64,000 bases of DNA, from positions 32,001 through 96,000 of IMG/VR virus record IMGVR_UViG_3300024265_000033; one strand, written 5' to 3'. The position numbers and the translations under genes are program-made. Source of the stretch: a virus. Positions within the stretch are counted from its first letter, which is position 1, and every line of letters starts with the position of its first letter. This document shows positions 47,076 through 56,808 of the stretch, in pieces. The notes beneath the pieces were generated by a model. It ran no database searches, had not been told where the DNA came from, and was given only the letters and a program-made list of their open reading frames with translations.

Positions 47076-47534
47076 CTATGCCCCTGACGATCCGAAGCCG
47101 TCCGAGCCTCTTATAGTTTTAGAAAGTTCTTCTACTTCCTCTAATTCTACCATAGGATAGGGCATTATGAGTAATTGAAGGGTTCGGTCCCCTTTTGCAT
47201 ATAGCTTGAGTTCTCTATCTCTTCGGGCTTCAAACAGACTAAGTCCTACGGCGGAAAAATCAAATACAGCTTTAATTTCTCCCCGGTATCCGGAGTCTAC
47301 TACTCCAACACAATTAGTCAATCGAAGATCCGTTTTATAAATAGAAGACCTTGGGAATAGGAAACCTACATGACCTTCTGGAATTTCTATAGCAAGACCT
47401 GTTCCGTAAATAAGTTGCCCCTTCTTTTCATCTAGGAATTTAGAGACTACTGTCAAGTCTAGCCCTGCATCTCCGGGCTTTGCATATTTTGGTACGACCG
47501 CATTAGGGTCGAGCTTCTTGATACGAACTTTCAT
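47076..47534 (-). CDS. dut: trimeric dUTPase
   Basis: GDAGLDL, PRSS, GVVDSGYRGEI and RGSDGFGSSG motifs. Confidence 0.96.
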   Translation of the reverse strand: MKVRIKKLDPNAVVPKYAKPGDAGLDLTVVSKFLDEKKGQLIYGTGLAIEIPEGHVGFLFPRSSIYKTDLRLTNCVGVVDSGYRGEIKAVFDFSAVGLSLFEARRDRELKLYAKGDRTLQLLIMPYPMVELEEVEELSKTIRGSDGFGSSGA

Positions 47535-47538
47535 CTGA

Positions 47539-48129
47539 TTATCCTTTTCGCTTTACTATGTTGACCTCAAGTTGAGATAACACAAACCCCGCCATGTTGA
47601 AGATAATATCAGTCTGATTGGGATTAGCAGGCCTATTTCCTTTAAGGGCCTTGTTGAATACTCCGTTCATGTACCAAGCTTTATTGTACTCGTCTAGGAG
47701 TGGTACATTTTCCATAATAACTTTGCGCGCAAAACTCAGCTCGGTATTGAAATAAATTTTTGAAATTTCTCCGCCCAAAGAACTGATATTATTGCGGTGC
47801 TTTTTGGTGAGTTGTTTGGTGCGAATGAAGTGCGCTACGATGCTCTCGATTTCAGACTGTCCTACATAATCCAAAAGATTGCGATGCTTCATCACCCATT
47901 CTAAGTGTTTTTCCAACTCATTCTTCAAACGGGGTTGTACTGTATTGAGTTCTGCTTCCTCTCGAAGAATAAATAGATCGGGCATAATGGGATGGCACAG
48001 AAGAACTTTGTCGTCTGTCATTCCTGCGACTATATAGGTATTTGAGAAGGTGCTGAATTCGTCTAGCTGCACCGTCACAATTTCGCCTTTTTCTATCAAG
48101 GTTGATTCCTCCATCTTATCAGTACCCAT
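47539..48129 (-). CDS. hypothetical protein
   Basis: 196 aa ORF with upstream TTGACA promoter. Confidence 0.6.
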   Translation of the reverse strand: MGTDKMEESTLIEKGEIVTVQLDEFSTFSNTYIVAGMTDDKVLLCHPIMPDLFILREEAELNTVQPRLKNELEKHLEWVMKHRNLLDYVGQSEIESIVAHFIRTKQLTKKHRNNISSLGGEISKIYFNTELSFARKVIMENVPLLDEYNKAWYMNGVFNKALKGNRPANPNQTDIIFNMAGFVLSQLEVNIVKRKG

Positions 48130-48161
48130 TATTACCTACTTTCAGTCTAATGTCAAGCTAT

Positions 48162-49805
48162 TTACGAGCCACATGATCCGGATCTAGTAAGGTCGCACAA
48201 ATCTATAGTCTCTTCAAATACTTGGCCTTCATGCTTCATTGCTGTGGAGAACTTCACAGGAGTCAGAGGTTGACCTCCTCGGGAGCCATCAGGATATGCT
48301 GTGATGCCTCTCAGTTGTGGCAAATACTTCATCAGAATTTTGCCATATTTTTGAACTGTTTTGTCATTGTTCATTTCCGTGCCCCATGCTGGAAGATTGA
48401 TTGTAGAGGATATCGCGTGATCCACATATTGCTGAACCCATGCCTGAAAAGAGACTCTGCGCTCCAGATCAATGCTATAGGCGTCCTCGATGTCATCTGG
48501 GTTGATTCCCTCGTTCACGAGCTTCCTAGTAATGGGATCAATAACATACTGATGCTTCCATGTTTTGTGCTTGAGATATCTACGTTTATAGGCCGCACAG
48601 AAAATAGGTTCGATCCCTGTCGTGGTTTCTGCCAAGATACCAATACTTCCTGTAGGAGCAATTGCCCGGGTCTTTACCGGCACACTGAGATCCCATTTTT
48701 CTGCATACTCTTCTGCACGTTCTCCACTCTTTGCATACACTTTCAAATACTCTTCCAGCTCAGCGTCGGGACCGTACTTCTTACCTCGTAAGAGAAGCCA
48801 TTCGTGAATCCCCATTAGTCCTAATCCAAGCCTTCTGTTTTTTGTACGAATTTGGTCCACTTTAGTATAAGGTACGTCACTGTAAACTGTGCCAGCAAGT
48901 AAAAAAGCAGTTGCCAACTCAACGCACCGTGCCATGTCATCGATATCGTGAATCCGAGCCAAATTAAGGCTGCCAAGATTGCAAATATCCGAGTCATCGC
49001 AAGAAGAAACTTCAGTACAAGCGTTTCGAAGGGTTTCATTTCTATTCACTCCCGTATCGACGCTGAATCCGGGCTCTCCCGTTTCTAGCATTTGTTTAAG
49101 AGTCTCGCTGTATACAGCTCTGGCGTGGCCGTGAAGCTTATGCTTATCGTCATTATACGCCTCAAAAAACTCATCGTCAAGTAAAATCGACACGTTAGTC
49201 ATATCCATTGGGGCCGGAAAATTGAAATCCTTCTCTTTGAGCTTTTTGACCTCTGGCATCCAATCTTTGATATGTATGAATTTTAGAGCGTCTGGATGCT
49301 TCCAGTTTAATCCCGCCCAGATAGCAGCTCTACGGCTTCCGCCCTGCATAATCCCCCGACCTGCTTCATTTTCCATCTGCATAAGAGCGAGGGGTCCTGT
49401 CGCATAGCCTCCTGTTTTTCTGATCTTTTTTCCCTCAGCACGAATGTCTGAATAATCAATGCCTATTCCGGCTCCGGTCATAAGAGCCATGGCGGATTTA
49501 TGTAGTAGGTCTGCCCAACCTTCTCTAGAATCCTCGGCTCTCAGTAATAGACAATTTTGTACTTGATGAAAAGGTCGGCCTGCAGAGTACAGATATCTAC
49601 CTGCAGGTATGAATTTCCGTTCTAAAATCATTTGATAAATTGCTTTTGCTAGGGGATCTGTCATCTTTATCCCAACCGCTCGCATCACATGCTTCGTTAC
49701 TCTCCAAGCTACGTTCTTCCACTCTGTTTCGCCCTTTTCCTTCCATAGATATTTCTGATCTAATACTGTACCGGCGAAGGTGCCCATCACGTTGCTTTGT
49801 CTCAT
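48162..49805 (-). CDS. nrdJ: class II (B12-dependent) ribonucleotide reductase
   Basis: PAGR, NC, GGSRRAA, NACTE, CNLGSLNL, RRLGLG, IAPTG and AISSTINLP motifs; C-terminal Cys pair; no small subunit nearby. Confidence 0.9.
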   Translation of the reverse strand: MRQSNVMGTFAGTVLDQKYLWKEKGETEWKNVAWRVTKHVMRAVGIKMTDPLAKAIYQMILERKFIPAGRYLYSAGRPFHQVQNCLLLRAEDSREGWADLLHKSAMALMTGAGIGIDYSDIRAEGKKIRKTGGYATGPLALMQMENEAGRGIMQGGSRRAAIWAGLNWKHPDALKFIHIKDWMPEVKKLKEKDFNFPAPMDMTNVSILLDDEFFEAYNDDKHKLHGHARAVYSETLKQMLETGEPGFSVDTGVNRNETLRNACTEVSSCDDSDICNLGSLNLARIHDIDDMARCVELATAFLLAGTVYSDVPYTKVDQIRTKNRRLGLGLMGIHEWLLLRGKKYGPDAELEEYLKVYAKSGERAEEYAEKWDLSVPVKTRAIAPTGSIGILAETTTGIEPIFCAAYKRRYLKHKTWKHQYVIDPITRKLVNEGINPDDIEDAYSIDLERRVSFQAWVQQYVDHAISSTINLPAWGTEMNNDKTVQKYGKILMKYLPQLRGITAYPDGSRGGQPLTPVKFSTAMKHEGQVFEETIDLCDLTRSGSCGS

Positions 49806-49891
49806 AGAGTCTCCTACATTTTTTGGATTTGTTAGCGGATTTCATTCTTCTTATTATACAACTTTTTTCAGAATTTGGAAACAAGGGATTT

Positions 49892-50212
49892 CTATTTTGT
49901 AATTCTTTTTCTGTACCGACAAGACTGGCAAACGTCGAGAAAAAATTTAGGAAAATCTAATCTTTTTAGAGGACCTTCGCAGTCTTTTTCCGGACAACTT
50001 GGTTCGTTTGAAATAGGAGGGTGTGCCAACTCAACTTCATTTATGAGAGCCTCGTAATCTTCTTCCACATTGCGTTGTTTATTTCGTTCTTTTCTGACAG
50101 CTTTGAGAGCTTTCGTCAATCGACGAATTGTGGCCCTTTGTTCCTGAATGATGTCCTGCTCTGTGTACTCTTGGGTGTCCTGTCTAGTGGATTTACCCCT
50201 ATACTTCGACAT
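49892..50212 (-). CDS. hypothetical coiled-coil + Zn-ribbon protein
   Basis: CPEKDC..CQSC motif. Confidence 0.6.
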   Translation of the reverse strand: MSKYRGKSTRQDTQEYTEQDIIQEQRATIRRLTKALKAVRKERNKQRNVEEDYEALINEVELAHPPISNEPSCPEKDCEGPLKRLDFPKFFLDVCQSCRYRKRITK

Positions 50213-50266
50213 GGTATCCGCCTTCTTAATATTAATTATATCAGATTCGAGGGGTGCGGGAAAAAC

Positions 50267-51913
50267 CTATTTATCTCGCGTATATACAATACCCCCGCCA
50301 CAGGTACTCAGGAGAGCCGCTATGGATGTGGCATTCTTGAGGGCGGTTTTAGTAACTTTGACCGGATCGAGGATTCCAGCATCGTAGGCGTTAACCATCT
50401 CTTTGTTTCGCGCATCATAAGTAAATCCTTTTTTGTTTTTAGCACACAATTTTGAGAGGATCTCCCGAGGCTCTTGACCAATATTCTCAAGGATTTGATC
50501 GAAAGGTGCTAGGAGTGCATTAGCTAAAATCTTTTGCCCTACTGTAGCACTCGCTTGGCCCCCCGCTAAAAGCTCTCTTGCGGCCCTGCAAAGCGTTATA
50601 CCGCCTCCGGGTATAACTCCGTCCGAAATAGCCGCTCTGGCAGCGTTCAGGGCATCCTCAATACGTTGATACCGTTCTTTGACTTCCATGTCAGTCTCTC
50701 CTCCAACCCCGATTTTGGCAATTCCTTGCCCAAGAGCTGCTATTCTATCCCTGAGATTCCCGGCATCATAAGGACTTTCAGCATTTTCTTGCTGAGCCTT
50801 TAACTGTTTAATTCTATCAAGAACTTCTTCTTCACTTCCGTCGCCATCGTAGAAGGTAGTCGTATATTTGGATACTACTACGCGCTCGACATATCCTATG
50901 TCATCAATCTCCACGCTTTGAAGATTGCGGCTTCCATTTCCTAGGCGTTGGCCATCGAGCATCACGGCCATATCATCCATCATAGCCGTTCTCACTGAGG
51001 ACATATGCGGAGACTTCGCGGCACAAACGGTCATACCGCCTTGTGCTCTTTGGATCAAAAGGAATTGAATAGCTTCTGGAGAAAATTCATCAGCTACAAA
51101 CAATACTGGAGGCATGGTAGGCTTCTTACCTTCTTCTACAGCCTTTGCTTTGGAATGATCTGCAATACACTGTAGTGGGGGAATCAAATCTGAATGGCTT
51201 CTAATGGCTCCATTATATAAAACAACGTAACAATTTTCAGCTTCAAATCGATCCTTGGATTCATTGTTGAAAAATCTATCTTGGGCTTCTGCGCCTCGAT
51301 TGATTTGAAATCCGTCTACAATTTTGATCTCGGTTTCTGCCGAAGAACCCTCATCTACTGTGATGACTCCTTCAGAACCTACTTCATCCATGGCCTGTCT
51401 GATAATTTTACCAATTTCGGCATCCCCATTAGCGGAGATTGTGGCTACTTCTTCGATTTTTTGAAGATCGTCCTTTATAGGACTCGTATAAGAATCTAAA
51501 ATTTCCATAGTTTGTCGGGAAGCGGCTTCAACGCTTTCTCGAACTAGTTGAGGATTCAAATCGCCTTCTTTAATAGCCGCAAAACTTTCTTTCAAAATGG
51601 CGGCTCCTAATACGATGGCAGTAGTGGTACCGTCTCCGGCAGTTTTGTCAGTCCCTTTACAGATGGCCTTGACGGCCTGAATAATGATATCAGTTTCTGG
51701 CTTAGAGTCGGAACATTCTTCCGCGACTGTTACTCCATCTTTCGTCTGGAGCGGCATCAGAGGAGATCCGTCTAAAGCCTGCCCGGTTCGCTCAAGAACT
51801 ATGGTAAGGCCGCCCGGGCCTAGAGTTCTTTTTACAATACTGGCGATCTTTTCAATGCCTTCTTGCACATGTTGAATCATCTCTTCTTTATGAACAATCT
51901 TTTTATCACGCAT
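50267..51913 (-). CDS. groEL: GroEL/Cpn60 chaperonin (548 aa from ATG at 51913)
   Basis: TLGPGG, TKDGVTVA, AGDGTTTA, ISANGD, GVITVDE, EDALNA, GVIPGGG and GILDPVKVT motifs; SD AGGAGG before 51913. Confidence 0.95.
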   Translation of the reverse strand: MRDKKIVHKEEMIQHVQEGIEKIASIVKRTLGPGGLTIVLERTGQALDGSPLMPLQTKDGVTVAEECSDSKPETDIIIQAVKAICKGTDKTAGDGTTTAIVLGAAILKESFAAIKEGDLNPQLVRESVEAASRQTMEILDSYTSPIKDDLQKIEEVATISANGDAEIGKIIRQAMDEVGSEGVITVDEGSSAETEIKIVDGFQINRGAEAQDRFFNNESKDRFEAENCYVVLYNGAIRSHSDLIPPLQCIADHSKAKAVEEGKKPTMPPVLFVADEFSPEAIQFLLIQRAQGGMTVCAAKSPHMSSVRTAMMDDMAVMLDGQRLGNGSRNLQSVEIDDIGYVERVVVSKYTTTFYDGDGSEEEVLDRIKQLKAQQENAESPYDAGNLRDRIAALGQGIAKIGVGGETDMEVKERYQRIEDALNAARAAISDGVIPGGGITLCRAARELLAGGQASATVGQKILANALLAPFDQILENIGQEPREILSKLCAKNKKGFTYDARNKEMVNAYDAGILDPVKVTKTALKNATSIAALLSTCGGGIVYTRDK

Positions 51914-51947
51914 TAAAATTCCTCCTGAGAATAAATCTTCTCTTTCT

Positions 51948-51976
51948 ATCCTACGACAGATGAGTGTGGGAGTCAA
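51948..51976 (-). promoter_or_regulatory. sigma70-type promoter of groEL
   Basis: TTGACT-17-TAGGAT. Confidence 0.65.
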
Positions 51977-52281
51977 GGTCTTTTATAAAAAGAGCCACAC
52001 TAATTCGGATATGTGGCATCAGAAATGGAAAGTCGAAAGATTTTTCGTCGTTTTTTCTTGACTTTCGATCAAAAATATGATAGTTTTGGAGAAAAATCTG
52101 AATTACTATAAAATATCTGTTTCTCTTTTCGTAATGCTATGTAATATCGTAATGCTATATTCTTTTTACTTAGATACAACATGTTCGAATGAATGTCGAG
52201 TGAAACGAGACGAAATGAGAATATGTTTACTATAGTAATTCTATACGCCAAATCCGATCTTTTCAGTACAGTAAACCTTTC

Positions 52282-52310
52282 TTGACAATTCCAATTGACA
52301 ATGTTAGAGT
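52282..52310 (+). promoter_or_regulatory. sigma70-type promoter for tRNA-like RNA 3 and plus-strand operon
   Basis: TTGACA-17-TAGAGT. Confidence 0.7.
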
Positions 52311-52316
52311 GTATGC

Positions 52317-52400
52317 AGTGCGGTAGCTTAATGCTCGGTTGTCGAAGTAAAGCCCTCGATTGTATGGAGGAGTATGTAGGTGAAATTCCTATCCGCACTT
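52317..52400 (+). tRNA. aberrant tRNA / tRNA-like RNA 3 (possible TGT anticodon; expanded D loop)
   Basis: Acceptor AGTGCGG/CCGCACT; TA-GCTT..AAGC D stem with about 20-nt loop; CCTCG-ATTGTAT-GGAGG; variable AGTAT; T arm GTAGG-TGAAATT-CCTAT; no CCA. Confidence 0.65.
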
Positions 52401-52417
52401 TCCTATAAGGAGGAATT

Positions 52418-52666
52418 ATGTTCGGAGGACAATTAATAGAGCTTTTCAAAGGCATGTTGATTTCAGGAAGCCTAAATACATGCAGCCCTCATGACGAGTG
52501 GGCAACTATAAAACTATATTTCGAAGGTAATACTGAAATTGCTATCGACTCTTCTGTAGATAAAGAAGGGAAAGTTCATGTTAGAGTGCGAAAAATGACG
52601 CGCAGAGGTCAGTGTAGTTCTTGGTTAAATATTGATACCTCGCCCTTGGATGTACCAGAGGAGTAA
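52418..52666 (+). CDS. hypothetical protein
   Basis: 82 aa ORF with strong SD AAGGAGG. Confidence 0.65.
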   Translation: MFGGQLIELFKGMLISGSLNTCSPHDEWATIKLYFEGNTEIAIDSSVDKEGKVHVRVRKMTRRGQCSSWLNIDTSPLDVPEE

Positions 52667-54224
52667 GAGTTTGAGCATAGCGAAACTAGCTAGGGCCAGA
52701 AAGGCTAAGCACCAAAAGAAAGAAAGCTTCGAGAAAGCTGCAAGTACGCCTACGGCTGACGGGCCTACTATTTTCCTCAAGAACTCCTTTTGCACAGTAG
52801 CCAGTTTTCCCAAAGAGATAGAAAAATATATTGACGAGTTGCTCACTTACGAGAATAAGGAGATCGAGTCTGAGATTCAATCCTGTTTCAACATGATGAA
52901 GTACGCCAAATCCCGGGGCAAAAATCGGATGCTCTATGCTTTCAAAGCAAAACTAGAAGAGTTGAAGTCCAAAAGAATAGTGAAATGGTTTCAGGACCAC
53001 ACCTTTCCTACCGGACATTTGCCCATGGTCAAAGAACTACTACGAGAAATCGGCTTCAATGATTATGTGCTAGAAGATCAAAGGGGCGTACCCTCCAACT
53101 ACGCTATGTTCCGCTGGAAAAACAAACCCTTTACCCCCAGATACTATCAGCAAGAGATGATTAACAAAGGAAAAATAGCTGGGCGCGGCGTGTTCGAATC
53201 TGCGGTCGGTACCGGCAAGACACTAGTCATGACCTATCTTATAAAAGAGCTGGAAGTGAAGAGCCTGATTATTGTACCCAGCCTTCCCCTTTTAAGACAA
53301 AACCGTAAAATCCTAAACTTGGCTTTCGGTAAGGATAAGATAGCCACAATTACTACGGACTTCGTCAAGAAGAACAAAAAGAAACTGCCCCCTATTCGTA
53401 TTACAACCATCCAGACTCTGGCTTCTTTGCAAAAGAATGGGTTGATCGACAAGGTGCTAGGTGATATCGACGCTCTGTATATTGATGAGATCCATCACTC
53501 CGGAGCTGAAACCTATACCAAGCTATTGCCGGAGTTCGACGACATCTATTATCGCTTTGGATTCACAGGAACCTTCCTAAGGAACGATTCCAAGACGCTT
53601 GATATGTGGGGCTTCCTTTCCAATAGGCTTTATTACTACCCGCCCTACAAAGCTCTTGAGGACGGATTTTTGACGCCAGTTGAGCTTTTAGTCAAGGATC
53701 TTCCCGGCAAGCACCACAAAAACTACCAGAAAGAATACGACGGCAATTATTGTGGCTATCATGTCCTCCAAAATGAAATACTTGATATCATTGACCGAGT
53801 TGGAGAAAATGACCAAATTCTCATATTAGTTGACCGGAAAGACAAGTCTGGAAAGATATTACACGAGCTTTTGAATCAGAATAAACTTGACAATGTTTAC
53901 ATTTCGGGCGATGATAAGGGTCAAGTGATTGAAGACGCTATTACGGACTTCAATGAAGAAACGGTCCATAGGTTAATTGGATCGAAAGTTATCGGAGAAG
54001 GAGTAGATATTTGTTCAACGGTACACTTAATTTTGGCCAATGGCGGAAAATCACCAATCCAATTGGTGCAGGCAATCGGAAGATGCGTTCGCCTGTTTCC
54101 GGGCAAACTGAAATCATATGTTTACGATTTCAATTTCAAAGGAACTAATTATATGCATAAGCATTGCGCTCAGCGAATTGATATTTTTAGAAACCATTTC
54201 GCAGGAGAAGTAACATGGCTATAG
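52632..54224 (+). CDS. superfamily 2 helicase (UvsW/XPB-like)
   Basis: RYYQ, AVGTGKT, IDEIHH, FTGT, GEGVD and QAIGRCVR motifs. Confidence 0.93.
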   Translation: MIPRPWMYQRSKSLSIAKLARARKAKHQKKESFEKAASTPTADGPTIFLKNSFCTVASFPKEIEKYIDELLTYENKEIESEIQSCFNMMKYAKSRGKNRMLYAFKAKLEELKSKRIVKWFQDHTFPTGHLPMVKELLREIGFNDYVLEDQRGVPSNYAMFRWKNKPFTPRYYQQEMINKGKIAGRGVFESAVGTGKTLVMTYLIKELEVKSLIIVPSLPLLRQNRKILNLAFGKDKIATITTDFVKKNKKKLPPIRITTIQTLASLQKNGLIDKVLGDIDALYIDEIHHSGAETYTKLLPEFDDIYYRFGFTGTFLRNDSKTLDMWGFLSNRLYYYPPYKALEDGFLTPVELLVKDLPGKHHKNYQKEYDGNYCGYHVLQNEILDIIDRVGENDQILILVDRKDKSGKILHELLNQNKLDNVYISGDDKGQVIEDAITDFNEETVHRLIGSKVIGEGVDICSTVHLILANGGKSPIQLVQAIGRCVRLFPGKLKSYVYDFNFKGTNYMHKHCAQRIDIFRNHFAGEVTWL

Positions 54225-54625
54225 AAGGAACGGCTACAGGCCCTCTTTATTTCAATTTTCAAGCTATCTTGGCAGTAGATGTTGATAGCACTCTAGTGTC
54301 TTTTAACAAAAAGCCCGGATCTGTCGAAATGGAGCTTGAGAGAAACGGCCAAATACTGAAAGTTTATTCCAATCCTGCAGTAGTCCGGGCGATGCGCCAG
54401 TTCTATTTCAGAGGACATGGTGTAATTGTCCACAGTGCAGGCAAGCCACAATGGGCTAAATACGTTGTAGAAAAGTTAGGTATTTGCGATTGCGTTCACG
54501 CGATCATGGGTAAATTTGATTGGGCCATCGACGACCAACCTGCTAACGAGTGGGGTCCTAAAGTATTCTATATGCATCCTAACGGAGATGTAGAACCCCC
54601 TAGTAAGGAGACGGCGCATGGCTGA
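54215..54625 (+). CDS. HAD-like hydrolase
   Basis: AVDVDSTLV, HSAG and AIDD motifs. Confidence 0.75.
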   Translation: MAIEGTATGPLYFNFQAILAVDVDSTLVSFNKKPGSVEMELERNGQILKVYSNPAVVRAMRQFYFRGHGVIVHSAGKPQWAKYVVEKLGICDCVHAIMGKFDWAIDDQPANEWGPKVFYMHPNGDVEPPSKETAHG

Positions 54626-55229
54626 AGAAACTAAAAAAGAGGAGATACTCGAACTGGTAGAGTTCGAAACCAAGTATGAGACTACTCTAGATCAACTATT
54701 CCCGTTCAAAGCTCTAGTGGAATCTATGGAATATAAAAATCATAAATATGTCCAAGGCCCGGATGTGTTCTTCACGAAAGGTAATGAAACTAATATCTTC
54801 GCCAGATACCGGAAAGCCGAACACGATAAGTCTGGGAGAGCTGAGTTTACAGTCAAGGAAAAACTTCAGAAAAATAGCTCAGTTATTCGAACGGAGACTA
54901 ATTGGCGGGTAGACAAAACCCCCTATCCCGAAATTGCTAAGGGTGCGGATATGATGGGCTTTGAGTACAATACTAGAATTTGGAAGGCGTGTCATATTTA
55001 TGACCTTGACGACGCGACTTTAGTGTTCTATACTGTGAAAGACGAAACTAACAAACTGATGCATTTCATGGAGATTGAAGTGAGAGAAGATCTTAAAATT
55101 ACAGAAGACCAAGGCTGGGAAATCATTCGTAAATACGAAGCCGTTTTGGCCCCTCTAGGCGTATCAGCTCAAAAGAGAAAAAGAAAATCTCTCTTTGAGA
55201 TGTACAGGAAGGTAAAATCCAATGGCTAA
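54618..55229 (+). CDS. CYTH domain protein (triphosphate tunnel metalloenzyme)
   Basis: EFETKY (ExExK), DVFF, ARYR, TVK, RTETN and FMEIEV motifs. Confidence 0.85.
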   Translation: MAEETKKEEILELVEFETKYETTLDQLFPFKALVESMEYKNHKYVQGPDVFFTKGNETNIFARYRKAEHDKSGRAEFTVKEKLQKNSSVIRTETNWRVDKTPYPEIAKGADMMGFEYNTRIWKACHIYDLDDATLVFYTVKDETNKLMHFMEIEVREDLKITEDQGWEIIRKYEAVLAPLGVSAQKRKRKSLFEMYRKVKSNG

Positions 55230-55418
55230 GATACTGTTCATCCTATTGTTCCTTGTTGCATTAATTGCGCTCATGCCTATGCTGACAGCTTGGGCTTGGT
55301 CCAATTCTGTAACCCCTGTATTCGGAATCAGAGAAATTACTTGGGTTGAAGCTTTCTTTTTCAATATGCTAGGCGCGTGCCTGTTCAAAAATACTAATGT
55401 GAACTGGAAAAAAGACTG

Positions 55419-55832
55419 ATGGATCTTAAAAGAGAAAACTTTCCAATAGATTTCTCCTTCAAAGCGGAGGACATTCTCAGCAAATCTGCGGACGTCTCCC
55501 CTATTCAAAAGTTCCAAGATGGGATTCTAAAGGGTCTGAAAGAAACCAAGGCTGATCCCAAAGAGTTGATCCCTTTCATGAAAAATTCAGATATTCAAAA
55601 GCTTACTGACGCCACATCCAAGTGGCTTGTTGACGTCAAAGGCGTGGATGAAGAAACTGATGAGTACGCAGCCACAATGGGTTCTCTGATTCAGTATTTG
55701 CCCTACTCTTTCGAAGATGTTTTGGATGAGGTGCCCGATTGGGTAGAAGACGACAAAGTATATCTGTTAAAAACTGGCGGTAATTCGAGCTGTGCTCCAA
55801 AGGGCTGCGGCGGATGTAGTAAGGGGTGTTAA
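55419..55832 (+). CDS. hypothetical protein with Cys-rich tail
   Basis: C-terminal CAPKGCGGCSKGC. Confidence 0.6.
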   Translation: MDLKRENFPIDFSFKAEDILSKSADVSPIQKFQDGILKGLKETKADPKELIPFMKNSDIQKLTDATSKWLVDVKGVDEETDEYAATMGSLIQYLPYSFEDVLDEVPDWVEDDKVYLLKTGGNSSCAPKGCGGCSKGC

Positions 55833-56162
55833 ATGACCGTAGATGATGCAAGAAATAGTTTTTTCGAATTCGAAACAAAGTACGCAATTGTTACTTCGGC
55901 CAAACAAGCTCTAGAACTAATAAGTCTTTTATCTAAAGTAGGACATCCCCGAGCAGTTCTCTCCGTGAAGGAAGAGGAACTGGAGAGTATTGCAGAAGAA
56001 CTCGAAGCTCAAGGTTTTGAAACTTTTGAGATAGATGTCGAGGATCTTGCTGAGACAGAGGGCGTGATGCTGGATTACTCAAAAGGAGTAGCCCCTTTGG
56101 CAGTTGAATGGGTAGATTCACAAGAGGAGATGGGCGGCAATGAAGACAACCTCCTCAATTAA
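55833..56162 (+). CDS. hypothetical acidic protein
   Basis: 109 aa ORF in operon. Confidence 0.6.
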   Translation: MTVDDARNSFFEFETKYAIVTSAKQALELISLLSKVGHPRAVLSVKEEELESIAEELEAQGFETFEIDVEDLAETEGVMLDYSKGVAPLAVEWVDSQEEMGGNEDNLLN

Positions 56163-56808
56163 AGCAGACTATATCGACCATATGGGCACCGATATGAGTG
56201 TGGTCAACGCCGCTAGGGTTTCTTTCGGAGAATCCGTCCATGTTGTTTCCGAGAAAGATGAGAAGCTCTTAAATTATCTAGCCAAACACGAACACATGAG
56301 TCCTTTTGAGCATTGTCAGCTTACGGTATTGGTAGAGTGTCCTTTGTTTATTAGATCCCAGATTCACAGACATCGCACTTTTGCCTACAACGAGATCTCT
56401 CGCAGGTACACGGATTCGGGTATAGAGTTTTTTAGTCCTGATACATTCCGATGCCAATCTTTGAATAACAAACAAGGTAGTTACGGAGCCCTGCCAGACG
56501 AGACTAACGAATACCTACAAGCTGAGGGAGAGCATATCATGCAAGAATGTTTGATATTCTATAACAAATTGTTGGAGACGGGTGTAGGCAAGGAACAGGC
56601 TCGCGGATATCTGCCACAGAACCTCATGACCAAATTCTACATGACCGGAAACCTGCGCAACTGGATTCATTTTCTTCGATTGAGACTCGATAACCACGCT
56701 CAGAAAGAATCGCAAGTTGTGGCTCAGCAAATCAAAAATATCATTTCAGAACGATTTCCCGCTTCTTCGGAAGCTTTATTTAAGTACGCCATTAAGGAGG
56801 CAAAATGA
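56140..56808 (+). CDS. thyX: flavin-dependent thymidylate synthase
   Basis: VVNAARVS, HMSPFEH, QIHRHRTFAYNEISRRY, EQAR and HAQKE motifs. Confidence 0.97.
   Translation: MKTTSSIKADYIDHMGTDMSVVNAARVSFGESVHVVSEKDEKLLNYLAKHEHMSPFEHCQLTVLVECPLFIRSQIHRHRTFAYNEISRRYTDSGIEFFSPDTFRCQSLNNKQGSYGALPDETNEYLQAEGEHIMQECLIFYNKLLETGVGKEQARGYLPQNLMTKFYMTGNLRNWIHFLRLRLDNHAQKESQVVAQQIKNIISERFPASSEALFKYAIKEAK

Noticed and set aside
39684-49805. Inteins or introns in polymerase, helicase or RNR
   Set aside because: The frames are continuous, the sizes are ordinary, and no intein terminal motifs or homing endonucleases were seen.
51914-51976. N-terminal extension of GroEL in the ORF track
   Set aside because: The TTG start coincides with the -35 box; the ATG at 51913 has an SD and gives a normal GroEL length.
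52069-52455. 128-aa minus-strand ORF
   Set aside because: Its composition is not protein-like, and it overlaps the promoter, tRNA-like RNA 3 and the next gene's start.
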